Assembly (NCBI GenBank): GCA_963796975.1
Contig: CAWCNW010000023.1
Location: 35,305 to 99,304 of the forward strand
DNA from: an uncultured Actinomycetota bacterium
Lineage (GTDB): Bacteria > Actinomycetota > Actinomycetes > Propionibacteriales > Nocardioidaceae
Reading direction: 5' to 3'
DNA length: 64,000 nucleotides
A program made the translations under genes and the position numbers. This document shows, piece after piece, positions 10,333 through 19,833 of the stretch (position 1 is the stretch's first letter; every line of letters begins with the position of its first letter). The notes below the pieces were generated by a model, which ran no database searches, was not told where the DNA came from, and worked only from the letters and a program-made list of their open reading frames with translations.

Positions 10333-10415
10333 GACCCCCGGGAGGTACGGCGAGCAGCGGGCGCCCGTCGTACCTCCCGGGCCTGCTCCCGCAGGCCTCT
10401 GGCAGCATCCCCCGG

Positions 10416-11834
10416 GTGACGCCCGACGCCGACCGCAGCCGCTGGATCGCGCTGGTGGTCTGCTGCAGCGCGATGTTCATGACGCTGCTCGACGTCAGCG
10501 TCACCAACGTCGCGCTCCCCTCGATCGGCGCCGACACGCATGCCGGCAACTCGCAGCTCCAGTGGATCGTCTCCGGCTACACGCTGGCCTTCGGGCTGGT
10601 GCCGGTGCTCGGCGGCAAGCTCGGTGACGACCACGGCCGGCGGCTGATGTTCCAGGTCGGGGTCGCCGGCTTCGTGGTCACCTCCGCGCTCTCCGGGCTC
10701 GCCCCGACCGCCGGGATCCTGATCGGCGCCCGCGTCCTGCAGGGCCTGTTCGGCGGCCTGATCAACCCGCAGACCTCGGGCCTGGTGCAGCAGATGTTCA
10801 GCGGCGCCGACCGCGGACGGGCGTTCGGCGTCCTCGGTACGACGGTGGGTCTCGGCACCGCGATCGGCCCGATCGTGGGCGGGGTGCTGATCGCCCTCGG
10901 CGGCCCGACGCTGGGCTGGCGGCTGGTCTTCTTCATCAACATCCCGGTCGGGATCGTGGTGCTCGCCCTCTCGCGCAGGTTCCTGCCCGCGAAGACCGCC
11001 ACGACCCCGCACCGGCTCGACGTGCTCGGTGCCGCCCTGCTCGGCGGCGCGACGTTCTGCGTCCTCTTCGCGTGCGTGGAGTACGACGCGCTCCACGACG
11101 TCCGGCTCGCCTGGCTGGCGGTGCCGACCGCGGTCCTGGTCGCACTCTTCCTGCGCCGCGAGCGCCGGCTCACCCGGGACGACCTCGACCCGCTGGTGGA
11201 CCTGCGCCTGTTCCAGCAGCCGTCGTACGTCTCCGGGATCACGCTGGCCCTCGCCTTCTTCCCGGCGATGGCGGGCCTGCCGCTGGTGCTGGCCCTGTAC
11301 TACCAGCGCGGGCTCGGCTACACCGCCCTCGCGTCGGCGCTGGGCGTCACGGCGTACGCCGTCGGGAGCGCGATCTCGGCGCCGCTCACCGGACGCGTGG
11401 TCACCCGGATCGGCCGACCCCTGGTGGTCGCCGGCGCGGTCACCTTCGGTCTGGGTGCGATCGCCCTGGCCGTGGTGGCACGCCACGTGCCCGAGGGCCA
11501 CGCGACCCTCGCCTTCGCCGGGCCGCTGTTCATCATGGGCTGCGGGCAGGGCGCGGTGATCACGCCGAACCAGACGCTGTCGCTCATGGATGTGGACCCG
11601 CAGATGGGCAGCACCGCCGGTGGCGTGCTGCAGACCGGCCAGCGGATCGGGCTGGCGATCGGTCAGGCGCTGATCGGCGCGGTCTTCTTCAACTCGCTGA
11701 CGGGCCCCGGGGTGGCGTCGTACTCGCGGGCGCTCGGGTACGCCGTCATCGCCGCGATCTGCTTCGTCTCGATCGCGGTCGCGATCGGGGTGCACGACCT
11801 GGTCCGGGCGCGGCGGCGCGAGTCGTACGCCTGA
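10416..11834 (+). CDS. MFS transporter, DHA2 (EmrB/QacA-like, 14-TM) family
   Basis: Motif LDVSVTNVALPSI and GGKLGDDHGRR (motif A). Many TM segments. GTG start at 10416. Confidence 0.85.
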   Translation: MTPDADRSRWIALVVCCSAMFMTLLDVSVTNVALPSIGADTHAGNSQLQWIVSGYTLAFGLVPVLGGKLGDDHGRRLMFQVGVAGFVVTSALSGLAPTAGILIGARVLQGLFGGLINPQTSGLVQQMFSGADRGRAFGVLGTTVGLGTAIGPIVGGVLIALGGPTLGWRLVFFINIPVGIVVLALSRRFLPAKTATTPHRLDVLGAALLGGATFCVLFACVEYDALHDVRLAWLAVPTAVLVALFLRRERRLTRDDLDPLVDLRLFQQPSYVSGITLALAFFPAMAGLPLVLALYYQRGLGYTALASALGVTAYAVGSAISAPLTGRVVTRIGRPLVVAGAVTFGLGAIALAVVARHVPEGHATLAFAGPLFIMGCGQGAVITPNQTLSLMDVDPQMGSTAGGVLQTGQRIGLAIGQALIGAVFFNSLTGPGVASYSRALGYAVIAAICFVSIAVAIGVHDLVRARRRESYA

Positions 11835-11894
11835 GCCCGGACGGCCGAAGACCGGCGCCCTGTGGGGGACGCCGGCCTCAGGTGGACCACTGGG

Positions 11895-12503
11895 TCAGGC
11901 GGGCGCGCCCACCGGCTGAATCCCCGTGGCCACGTCGTTCTCGGCCTTACGCGAGTGCCAGAAGCCGATGCCCACCAGCAGGAGCATGAGACCCGCGGCG
12001 ACGAAGGCGGAGATGGCGGCGATGCCGGCGATCGTGCCCATGGTGGCGAACGCGTAGCCGTAGAGGAGCAGACCGCGCAGTGTCTCACCCTGGAACAGGG
12101 TTGCCTTCTGCCCGGCGAGCGTCGTGCATGCCTCGGTGGCGGCGGCCTTCGGGTCGCTGCACTGTGCGATGTAGGCACCACTGACCTCGGAGTAGGTCTG
12201 GCCGTCGGCCACACCCTGGAGGTGGGCGTTGATGTAGTGGTCGGCGTAGGCCCGGGCCTGGGGACCGGTGGTCAGCTTCTGGCCGGCGTAGGGCTGGAGA
12301 GCAGCCTTGTCAGCGGCGGGAAGCTCGCCGTACTGCTCCGAGGTGGGCATGGTGACGTGCTGTGCCCCGAGCTGGCTGGTCACCTCGTTGTTGATGAATG
12401 TGCTGGCCCAGGTCAGCAGACCGCCGGCGACGATCAGGACGGCGACGAGGAGCAAACCTGTCCATGAGATCAACTTGTCAAGCGTGGCGCGCATGATGTT
12501 CAC
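11895..12503 (-). CDS. Conserved hypothetical membrane protein (N- and C-terminal TM helices, extracytoplasmic middle with Cys pair)
   Basis: 202-aa ORF with coding-like codon usage and two hydrophobic helices. No catalytic motif recognised. Confidence 0.55.
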   Translation of the reverse strand: MNIMRATLDKLISWTGLLLVAVLIVAGGLLTWASTFINNEVTSQLGAQHVTMPTSEQYGELPAADKAALQPYAGQKLTTGPQARAYADHYINAHLQGVADGQTYSEVSGAYIAQCSDPKAAATEACTTLAGQKATLFQGETLRGLLLYGYAFATMGTIAGIAAISAFVAAGLMLLLVGIGFWHSRKAENDVATGIQPVGAPA

Positions 12504-12630
12504 CTTCTCTGTGGGTTCCTCGGTCCATCCGAAAACCCTTTACCTTCACCCTGGAGTGCATCCCCCTCCCGCCGTAGGGCTGGAAGTCACCGCAGCCGCT
12601 GCCAAGGGTCCCTCCTCGGCGGGACCTACG

Positions 12631-13431
12631 GTGGAGGGTGTGGACGACCCCGAACCGGCTCTCGCGGCGGCGCGGCGCCTGGCCGAGCTGACCGGCGTAC
12701 CCCGGCACCGGGCCGTGGTGGTGCTCGGCTCGGGCTGGGGACCCGCCGCCGAGGCGTTCGGCGCGCCGCTCGCGACGCTGCCGATGACCGAGCTCCCGGG
12801 CTTCGTCGCGCCGGTCGCCGAGGGGCATCGCGGCACCGTCGCGTCGTACGACGTTGGCGGCGTGCCGACCCTCGTGCTGTTCGGACGGACCCATCTCTAC
12901 GAGGGCCTCGGGCTCGACCAGGTCGTGCACGGCATCCGTACCGCGGCCGCAGCGGGCTGCACCACGGCCGTGCTCACCAACGCCAACGGGTCCCTCCGGC
13001 CCGACTGGGAGGTCGGCCGCGTCGTCCTGCTGCGCGACCACCTGAACCTGACCGCGACCTCGCCCCTGGTCGGCCCGCGCTTCGTCGACCTCACCGACTG
13101 CTGGTCGCCGCGGCTGCGCGAGCTGGCCCGCGAGCTGGACCCGTCGCTGGCCGAGGCGGTCTACGCCTGGCTGCCGGGGCCGCACTACGAGACCTACGCC
13201 GAGGCCGAGTGGGTACGACGGGTCGGAGCAGACGTGCTCGGTATGTCGACCGTTCCCGAGGCGATCGCGGCGCGAGAATATGGGCTCGAGGTGGTCGGCC
13301 TCTCGACGGTGACGGCGATCGAGGGTGACGATGCGGGAATTGACCCGGGCGACGTGGTCGTTGTCGCAGAGAGGGCGGCCGCGCGGACCGGGCCGCTGCT
13401 GGCGGATCTGCTGAGGAGAGGGACGTCATGA
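12631..13431 (+). CDS. punA: Purine nucleoside phosphorylase (trimeric PNP family)
   Basis: VVLGSGWG, FGRTHLYEG and GMSTVPEAIAAR motifs. GTG start at 12631 (alternative at 12640). Confidence 0.85.
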   Translation: MEGVDDPEPALAAARRLAELTGVPRHRAVVVLGSGWGPAAEAFGAPLATLPMTELPGFVAPVAEGHRGTVASYDVGGVPTLVLFGRTHLYEGLGLDQVVHGIRTAAAAGCTTAVLTNANGSLRPDWEVGRVVLLRDHLNLTATSPLVGPRFVDLTDCWSPRLRELARELDPSLAEAVYAWLPGPHYETYAEAEWVRRVGADVLGMSTVPEAIAAREYGLEVVGLSTVTAIEGDDAGIDPGDVVVVAERAAARTGPLLADLLRRGTS

Positions 13432-14999
13432 CCACCACGAAGGAACCGACGCGGGCACCGGCGGCACCGGCCGGCATCGAGGCCAACGGCATCAACGTGA
13501 TCGCCGAGTCCGAGCGGCGCGGCACTCCGGCCGGCCTCTTCTGGCCCTGGTGCGCCTCCAACATCTCGGTGCTCGCGGTCGCCTACGGCGCGTTCGTGCT
13601 CGGCTTCGGGATCGGGCTGTGGCAGGCGCTGATCGCCGCCACGGTCGGTGCCGTCGTCTCGTTCCTGCTCGTCGGGCTGGTCTCGATCGCGGGCAAGCGC
13701 GGCTCCGCGCCCACCCTGGTGCTCTCGCGCGCGCCGTTCGGGCGCTACGGGAACACCCTGCCGGCGCTGGTGTCCTACCTGCTCCTGGTCGGCTGGGAGA
13801 CGGTGCTGGTCGCCCTGTCGACGCTGGCCACGGCGACGGTCTTCGAGCGGCTCGGCTGGGCGCACGGCAACGGCACCAAGGTGGTGGCGTTCGTGGTCGT
13901 CGCGGCGATCATCGTGCTGGCCGGGATCATGGGCTTCGACCTGATCATGCGGCTGCAGAAGTACCTGACCCTCGCGATGATCGTGGTCACCGCGGTCTAC
14001 GTCGTACTGGCCTGGGACCACATCAGCCTCTCGACGGCGCGGGCGCTGCCCTCCGGCTCCACCAGCGCGGCGATCGGCGCAGGGATCCTGGTGATGACCG
14101 GCTTCGGGATCGGCTGGGTGAACACCGGCGCCGACTACTCCCGCTACCTGCCCCGCGACGCCTCCACGGGGGGCGTGGTGCTGTGGCCGACGCTGGGTGG
14201 CAGCTTCCCGGTCGTCGTGCTCGTGGCCTACGGCATCCTGCTGGCCGGATCCTCGCCCGACCTCCTGGACGCGATCGGCGCCGACCCGATCGGGGCGCTC
14301 ACGACGATCCTGCCGACGTGGTTCCTGGTGCCGTTCGCGCTCGTCGCGGTCGGCGGGCTGATCAGCGGGGCGATGATGGACATCTACTCCTCGGGGCTGA
14401 CACTGCTCACCCTCGGCCTGCGCACCCCGCGCTGGGTCGCGGCGGCGATCGACGGCGTACTGATGATGCTCGGCGCCATCTACATCGTCTGGATCTCCAA
14501 CGCCGACTTCATCTACATCTTCGAGGGTTTCCTGATCACCCTCGGCGTGCCGATGGCCGCGTGGTGCGGGGTCTTCCTGGCCGACCTGCTGGTCCGCAAG
14601 CGCGACTACGACGAGGCGGCGCTGTACGACGCGCGCGGACGGTACGGCGCGGTCGGCTGGCCGGCGGTCGGCTCGATGGTCGTGGCCACCGTCGTCGGCT
14701 GGGGGCTCGTGGTCGCGCCGTTCGGCTCCCAGGGGCTGGGCTGGCTCGGCTACTTCCTGGACCCCTTCGGCTTCGGCGGCAAGACCGGCACCTGGGCGTT
14801 CGCCAACCTCGGCGTCCCGATCGCGCTGGCCATCGGCTTCCTCGGCTACCTGCTCCTCGGCACCCGCGGCGTACACCGTCAGGAGCGCGACCAGGTCAAG
14901 GTGGCCTTCGACTCCTCGAGCGGTGAGCCCGCCACCGTTTCGCCGTCCGGTTCGGTGGCTGACTCACCGGCACTCGACCCCACCACGCCCGAGCGGTGA
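13428..14999 (+). CDS. NCS1 family purine/cytosine permease
   Basis: 523 aa and about 12 TM segments. N-terminal block ERRGTPAGLFWPWCASNISVL is typical of cytosine/purine permeases. ATGA overlap with the PNP gene. Confidence 0.85.
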   Translation: MTTTKEPTRAPAAPAGIEANGINVIAESERRGTPAGLFWPWCASNISVLAVAYGAFVLGFGIGLWQALIAATVGAVVSFLLVGLVSIAGKRGSAPTLVLSRAPFGRYGNTLPALVSYLLLVGWETVLVALSTLATATVFERLGWAHGNGTKVVAFVVVAAIIVLAGIMGFDLIMRLQKYLTLAMIVVTAVYVVLAWDHISLSTARALPSGSTSAAIGAGILVMTGFGIGWVNTGADYSRYLPRDASTGGVVLWPTLGGSFPVVVLVAYGILLAGSSPDLLDAIGADPIGALTTILPTWFLVPFALVAVGGLISGAMMDIYSSGLTLLTLGLRTPRWVAAAIDGVLMMLGAIYIVWISNADFIYIFEGFLITLGVPMAAWCGVFLADLLVRKRDYDEAALYDARGRYGAVGWPAVGSMVVATVVGWGLVVAPFGSQGLGWLGYFLDPFGFGGKTGTWAFANLGVPIALAIGFLGYLLLGTRGVHRQERDQVKVAFDSSSGEPATVSPSGSVADSPALDPTTPER

Positions 15000-15041
15000 G
15001 CCTGCCACCGTTCCCTCGAACAGATCGGTGGCACACTCACC
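14922..15041. repeat. Tandem pair of hairpin repeats GGTGAGCCYGCCACC-N17-GGTGGC(N3)CTCACC
   Basis: Unit 1 has arms at 14922-14936 and 14954-14968. Unit 2 has arms at 14995-15009 and 15027-15041. The same family occurs at 52947-53067. Confidence 0.7.
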
Positions 15042-15070
15042 GCCCGCCGGCGCCGCCCGCCGGCGCAGCC

Positions 15071-15679
15071 TCAGCCCAGCGCCGCCCGCTCGGCTTCGAT
15101 CGTGGTGTCGTCGCCGTGACCGGTGTGGACGACGGTCTCGCCGGGTAGCGCGAGGAGGCGCTCCCGGATCGACTCGACGATCAGGTCACCGTCGCTGAAG
15201 GACCGCCCGGTGGCGCCGGGGCCACCCTGGAAGAGGGTGTCCCCGGTGAAGACGCAGCCGAGATCGGGCGCGAGCAGGCAGACCGAGCCCGGGGAGTGGC
15301 CCGGCGTGTGCAGCACGGTCAGCGACGACCCGGCGACGGGGATCGACATCCCGTCGGAGAGGTCGACGTCCCAGAGCATGTACGGGTGGGACAGCTCCCA
15401 CAGCGGGCGCTCGGCGGGGTGCAGCAGGATCGGCGCGGTCACCGCCTCGCGCAGCGCCACGGCGACCCGCACGTGGTCGTCGTGCGCGTGGGTGCAGACG
15501 ATCGCGGTGACCTTCCGCTCGCCGACCACCTCGAGGATCCCCTCGACCGAGTGAGGGGCGTCGATCACCACGCAGGTCTCGTCGTCGCCGACCACCCAGA
15601 CGTTGTTGTCGACGTCGAAGGTCTGCCCGTCGAGGCTGAACGTGCCGCTGGTGACGCCGTGGTCGACCCGGATGCTCAC
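15071..15679 (-). CDS. MBL-fold metallo-hydrolase (glyoxalase II-like; likely S-formylmycothiol hydrolase partner)
   Basis: THAHDDH metal motif. 4-nt overlap with the upstream class III alcohol dehydrogenase, as in the Mtb Rv2259-Rv2260 pair. Confidence 0.8.
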   Translation of the reverse strand: MSIRVDHGVTSGTFSLDGQTFDVDNNVWVVGDDETCVVIDAPHSVEGILEVVGERKVTAIVCTHAHDDHVRVAVALREAVTAPILLHPAERPLWELSHPYMLWDVDLSDGMSIPVAGSSLTVLHTPGHSPGSVCLLAPDLGCVFTGDTLFQGGPGATGRSFSDGDLIVESIRERLLALPGETVVHTGHGDDTTIEAERAALG

Positions 15680-16764
15680 GAGAAGAGCACGACGCTGCGG
15701 AGCACGTCGCCGTGGTGCATCTTCTCGAACGCCGCCTCGACGTCGCCGAGGCCGATCTCCTCGGACACGAACGCGTCGAGGTCGAGCCGGCCCTGCTGGT
15801 AGAGCGAGACGAGCATCGGGAAGTCGCGCGAGGGCAGGCAGTCGCCGTACCAGCTGGACTTCAACGAGCCGCCGCGGCCGAAGACGTCGATGAGCGGGAT
15901 GTCGGGGATCTTCATGTCGGGCGTCGGTACGCCGACCAGGACCAGCGTCCCGGCCAGGTCACGGGCGTAGAAGCCCTGCTTCCAGGTCTCGGGCCGGCCG
16001 ACCGCGTCGATCACGACGTCCGCACCGTTGCCTCCGGTGAGGGCCTGGATCGCCTCGACGGGGTCGCCGTTCGCGCTGTTGACGGTGTGTGTGGCACCCA
16101 TCCGGGTGGCGCCCTCGAGCTTCCGGTCGTCGATGTCGACGGCGATGATCGTGGACGCACCGGCCAGCGCCGAGCCGGCGATCGCGGCCGCTCCGACGCC
16201 GCCGCAGCCGATCACCGCGACGCTCTTGCCGCGCGAGACGTTGCCGGTGTTGATGGCCGCGCCGAGCCCGGCCATCACGCCGCAGCCGAGCAGGCCGACC
16301 GCGGCGGCGCGGGTCGACGGGTCGACCTTGGTGCACTGTCCGGCGGCGACCAGGGTCTTCTCGGCGAAGGCGCCGATGCCGAGTGCCGGCGAGAGCTCGG
16401 TGCCGTCGGCCAGCGTCATCTTCTGGGTGGCGTTGTGGGTGGCGAAGCAGTACCACGGCTCACCGCGCAGGCAGGCGCGGCAGTTGCCGCAGACCGCACG
16501 CCAGTTGAGGATCACGAAGTCACCGGGCCCGACGCCGGTGACGCCCTCCCCCACCGACTCGACCACGCCTGCGGCCTCGTGGCCGAGCAGGAACGGGAAG
16601 TCGTCGTTGATCCCGCCCTCGCGGTAGTGCAGGTCGGTGTGGCAGACCCCGCAGGCCTGCACCTGCACCAGCGCCTCCCCGGGTCCGGGGTCGGGAACGT
16701 TGATCGTCTCGATGCTGACCGGCTCGCCCTTGGCTCGCGCGACCACTCCCTGGACCTGTTGCAT
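15676..16764 (-). CDS. mscR: S-(hydroxymethyl)mycothiol dehydrogenase (mycothiol-dependent formaldehyde dehydrogenase, Zn-ADH class III)
   Basis: [27 protein letters not shown] Rossmann motif. Paired with the MBL hydrolase. Confidence 0.75.
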   Translation of the reverse strand: MQQVQGVVARAKGEPVSIETINVPDPGPGEALVQVQACGVCHTDLHYREGGINDDFPFLLGHEAAGVVESVGEGVTGVGPGDFVILNWRAVCGNCRACLRGEPWYCFATHNATQKMTLADGTELSPALGIGAFAEKTLVAAGQCTKVDPSTRAAAVGLLGCGVMAGLGAAINTGNVSRGKSVAVIGCGGVGAAAIAGSALAGASTIIAVDIDDRKLEGATRMGATHTVNSANGDPVEAIQALTGGNGADVVIDAVGRPETWKQGFYARDLAGTLVLVGVPTPDMKIPDIPLIDVFGRGGSLKSSWYGDCLPSRDFPMLVSLYQQGRLDLDAFVSEEIGLGDVEAAFEKMHHGDVLRSVVLFS

Positions 16765-16830
16765 GCACCCCTCCTGAATGACGGTGCAGCCACCCTAGGG
16801 GCAAGGCGCGTGCACCACGACCCCGAGTCA

Positions 16831-16858
16831 GGCAACCTTTCGCGTACGAAGGAGGTCC
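16831..16858 (+). promoter_or_regulatory. Possible ECF-type promoter GGCAAC-N17-GGTCC ahead of the orphan sensor paralog
   Basis: gcaacctttcgcg closely matches gcaacccttcgcg at 17992. The -10-like element ends 7 nt before the ATG at 16866 (leaderless?). An AGGAGG also overlaps it, so the call is ambiguous. Confidence 0.35.
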
Positions 16859-16865
16859 TACCCCC

Positions 16866-17966
16866 ATGACGACGAGCTTTCTGCGACCGCTGACCCTGTC
16901 CGCCATAGCCACCTTGCTGATGATCGTGCCTCTGGCCGGCACGCCGACCGGCGCCGCGACGAACGTGGCCGCACGTGCGCCCGCCCACGCGGCCACGCCC
17001 CCGCTCCCGGTCTCCGGTCTGCCGACGGGTGCCCGTCCGAGGATCCCGTACGCCTTCGCCACCGAGCCCGCGTTCCTCGGCGGCAACTTCCGCGTCCACC
17101 GGCCCTCCGGAGCCGTGTCGCGGATCGGGTTCCTCGCCCTGGGCCAGTGGTCGACCACGGGCCGCGGCGTGTTCGGGATCGCCGCCACCGAGGTCGGCCC
17201 TCAGCTGCAGAGGATCGACGCCCACGGGACGCTGGTCCGCTCGCAGTTCCTGACCCACTCCGGGCTCGCGACCTCGCCCGACCACTCGATCGTGAGCTGG
17301 CTCGACAACCACCGTCGGCCGCACGATCTCGAGAGACGGGGCTCGCGCGAGTTCACGCTGCCACGGGTGGCGCGGGGCGACAGCGTCGGAGCGATCTTCG
17401 GTGCCAAGACCTGCAAGGAGCAGGTCCCCGAGGGCGGCGGCTGCACGATCTTCGTCAACGCTGCCCGCAACCAGGGGGTCTTCGTCTCGACCTCCCACGG
17501 CATCGTCGACCGGATCGGTCCGATGGTGCAGGTGTCCGACGTCAACCAGCGTGGCCGCGTGACCGGTCTGGCCTCGAGGGCCACGCAGACCACGCCGGCG
17601 TGCTGGGGTGTGTTCGCGGCGTCGGGTCATCGCGCCTGGCAGACCTGCCGCTACCGGCTCGACACGTTCTCCGACGACGGGCACCTCGTGCTGGGCGAGC
17701 ACTCCCAGGCGACGTCGGACAGCGTGAACCGGTTCGCGATCTTCCGCGACGACGGCACGGTCGCCCGCGCGTACACCTTCCAGCCCGGTCCTCGTCGCAG
17801 CCTGACCCGCCTCACCTGGGAGGACTCGACCCACCTGTTGGGCGTGCTCCGCGTGGGCGGATCCTGGTCGATCGTCCGGATCGGCGTCGATGGCTCGGTC
17901 GAGTACGCCGTCGCCCCCGTCCCCGCCGTCAACGAGTTCACGCCGTTCGCCCTCCCCATCCGCTGA
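16866..17966 (+). CDS. Secreted hypothetical protein, paralog of the two sigma-linked membrane proteins (beta-propeller-like?)
   Basis: Signal-peptide-like N-terminus (LTLSAIATLLMIVPLAGTPTGAA). C-terminal block WEDSTHLLGVLRVGGSWSIVRIGVDGSVEYAVAPVP is shared with 20400..21677. Confidence 0.7.
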   Translation: MTTSFLRPLTLSAIATLLMIVPLAGTPTGAATNVAARAPAHAATPPLPVSGLPTGARPRIPYAFATEPAFLGGNFRVHRPSGAVSRIGFLALGQWSTTGRGVFGIAATEVGPQLQRIDAHGTLVRSQFLTHSGLATSPDHSIVSWLDNHRRPHDLERRGSREFTLPRVARGDSVGAIFGAKTCKEQVPEGGGCTIFVNAARNQGVFVSTSHGIVDRIGPMVQVSDVNQRGRVTGLASRATQTTPACWGVFAASGHRAWQTCRYRLDTFSDDGHLVLGEHSQATSDSVNRFAIFRDDGTVARAYTFQPGPRRSLTRLTWEDSTHLLGVLRVGGSWSIVRIGVDGSVEYAVAPVPAVNEFTPFALPIR

Positions 17967-17990
17967 GCCGTCGGGCGATAGTCCGACCGA

Positions 17991-18018
17991 TGCAACCCTT
18001 CGCGGGTCGATCTCGTCG
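17991..18018 (+). promoter_or_regulatory. ECF-type promoter TGCAAC-N17-CGTCG upstream of sigma factor 1
   Basis: Exact TGCAAC at 17991-17996 and CGTCG at 18014-18018. Same architecture as 19783-19810. Confidence 0.6.
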
Positions 18019-18080
18019 TGGGAGTGAGGGCCGACGAGGATGGGACGCCGATGCAGCAGACGAACGCGAGGGGAGGCGCC

Positions 18081-18611
18081 ATGGCCACCCCGCTGCGCGG
18101 CTCCGGGACCGCGGAGTTCGAGTCGTGGCTCGCCGCCCGGGAGGGCGCGCTCCAGCGCACCGCCCACCTGCTGACCGGTGACGTCCACGCGGCCCAGGAC
18201 CTCGTGCAGACCACCCTCGCCAAGCTCTACCGGGGCTGGGACCGGATCCGCGACGTCGGCAACCTCGACGCCTACGCGCGGCAGATGCTGGTCAACGAGT
18301 ACCGCACCGCCTGGCGACGGCCGGCCCGCCGAGCCGAGCACCTCGTGGAGGCGGTTCCCGACCTCCCGGCGCCGGAGCCTCCGTCGTACGACGGGAGCCG
18401 TGAGGCCGTGTGGCGCTTCGTCTGCTCGCTGCCGCCCAAGCAGCGCACGGTGCTCGTGCTCCGCTTCTACGAACAGCTGACCGAGGCCGAGATCGCCCAG
18501 CTGATGGGGATCTCAGTCGGCACCGTGAAGTCCCAGAGCAGCCGCGCCCTCGCCGCGCTCCGCACCCGGCTGGCCGACCATCCGGAGCTCTCTGACGAGG
18601 AGGGGCGATGA
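18081..18611 (+). CDS. ECF-type sigma-70 family RNA polymerase sigma factor (SigE-family, actinobacterial type)
   Basis: Region 2 (DVHAAQDLVQTTLAKLYRGWDRI) and region 4 (RTVLVLRFYEQLTEAEIAQLMGISVGTVKSQSSRAL). RBS GGGAGG lies 5 nt before the ATG at 18081. Confidence 0.9.
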   Translation: MATPLRGSGTAEFESWLAAREGALQRTAHLLTGDVHAAQDLVQTTLAKLYRGWDRIRDVGNLDAYARQMLVNEYRTAWRRPARRAEHLVEAVPDLPAPEPPSYDGSREAVWRFVCSLPPKQRTVLVLRFYEQLTEAEIAQLMGISVGTVKSQSSRALAALRTRLADHPELSDEEGR

Positions 18612-19762
18612 CACCCGAGGAACTGCTGACCCGGACCTTCACCGAGGTCACCGAGGCGACCGACTACCCGGCCACGCCGATGGCGACTGTGGTCAACCGC
18701 TCACGGACACTCCGCCACGGACGACGTCGTACGACGGCAATCCTGGCCGCGGCGGCGGCGGTGGCGCTGGTCGGCGGTTCGGCGGCGGTCTGGCTGAACC
18801 ACGATCCGGGCACGACCCCGACCCCGAGCACGCACCTGGACCCGGCCGTGATGCTGCCCGACGTCCCCCAGGGTGATGCACCGAAGGTCGCCTACCTCGA
18901 AGGCAACGCATTCGTCACCACCGGCGGTGACCGGGTCACGTCCGCGACCTTCCGCCAGGCACAGACCGCGACGCCGTACGGCGATGGCGTGCTGGTGGTG
19001 GGCCGCCAGGCGTCAACACTTCCGTTCGTGACGCTCTCGCTGGTGTCGGGCGGGACGACGACCCGCCTCGGCTGCGGCACACCGGAGTTGGCGCTGGGTG
19101 GTGACGCCCCGGCGTACTGGCTGTCGGACACGTGTGGTTTCGACGCGACCGGGCGGCTGGTCCAGGGGACGACGGAGACGCCCACCACGAAGGGCGTGGT
19201 GCTCTACCCGGTCGGGAGCACCGGTCGAGGCCTCGTGGCCAACGCCGCCTCGACCGTCCTCAGGAACGCCGACGGACCGGCCCTGATGGCGGCCGACGGT
19301 TCCAGGCACCGGATCCCTCATCTCACCATCGCGGCCGGGGCGTCGCCCGCCGGGGACCTCGTATCGGGTCGCGGCTTCCAGGGGCAGAACTCGGTCGTCG
19401 TGGACATCGCCACAGGTGCGCTGCTGTGGCGGGCGCCGAACTGGTCGCTCGGGCACTTCTCGGAGTCAGGCCGGTACGTCGTCGGTACCCAGAGCGTGGG
19501 AGCACAGACGGTGCTGGGCGTCGGCGACGTGGTGGGGATCCGGGACGCGGCCACCGGCCGGCTGGTGCGGAGCACGATGCTGCCCAACATGACGATCGTC
19601 GGGGTCCCCGCCTGGGAGGGCGACGACGCGGTCCTCGTCGTCGCCGAGGACCGTCACCACCAGCAGGCAATCGTGCGGGTCGGGCTGGACGGTTCGATCA
19701 CCCGCGCCACGGCGGTGGCGCCGGAGGGGCAGGGCAGCTACCGCCTCGCCGCCACTCCCTGA
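18608..19762 (+). CDS. Membrane-anchored extracytoplasmic protein translationally coupled to sigma factor 1 (putative sensor / anti-sigma-like)
   Basis: ATGA overlap with the sigma gene. About 45 cytoplasmic aa, one TM helix (TAILAAAAAVALVGGSAAVWL), then a large external domain paralogous to 16866 and 20400. Confidence 0.75.
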   Translation: MTPEELLTRTFTEVTEATDYPATPMATVVNRSRTLRHGRRRTTAILAAAAAVALVGGSAAVWLNHDPGTTPTPSTHLDPAVMLPDVPQGDAPKVAYLEGNAFVTTGGDRVTSATFRQAQTATPYGDGVLVVGRQASTLPFVTLSLVSGGTTTRLGCGTPELALGGDAPAYWLSDTCGFDATGRLVQGTTETPTTKGVVLYPVGSTGRGLVANAASTVLRNADGPALMAADGSRHRIPHLTIAAGASPAGDLVSGRGFQGQNSVVVDIATGALLWRAPNWSLGHFSESGRYVVGTQSVGAQTVLGVGDVVGIRDAATGRLVRSTMLPNMTIVGVPAWEGDDAVLVVAEDRHHQQAIVRVGLDGSITRATAVAPEGQGSYRLAATP

Positions 19763-19782
19763 CCCGTCGGCTCTGCCAGGAT

Positions 19783-19810
19783 TGCAACTTCCCCGCCCTC
19801 GTTCGCGTCT
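19783..19810 (+). promoter_or_regulatory. ECF-type promoter TGCAAC-N17-CGTCT upstream of sigma factor 2
   Basis: TGCAAC at 19783-19788, a 17-nt spacer, CGTCT at 19806-19810. It lies 24 nt before the ATG at 19834. Confidence 0.65.
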
Positions 19811-19833
19811 GGGTAGCAACGAGGGGAGGAACC

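Noticed and set aside
9987-11795. 602-aa minus-strand ORF opposite the MFS transporter, with similar ORFs at 13194..14876 opposite the NCS1 permease and 8044..9456 opposite MMPL
   Set aside because: The transporters on the plus strand show periodic hydrophobic TM segments and family motifs. The antisense products are highly charged repeats of R/D/E/G/H.
16512-18341. 609-aa minus-strand ORF across the mscR start, the secreted paralog and sigma factor 1
   Set aside because: It overlaps three well-supported plus- or minus-strand genes in antisense. Its composition is dominated by Arg/Gly/Pro/Ala and it has no recognisable domain.
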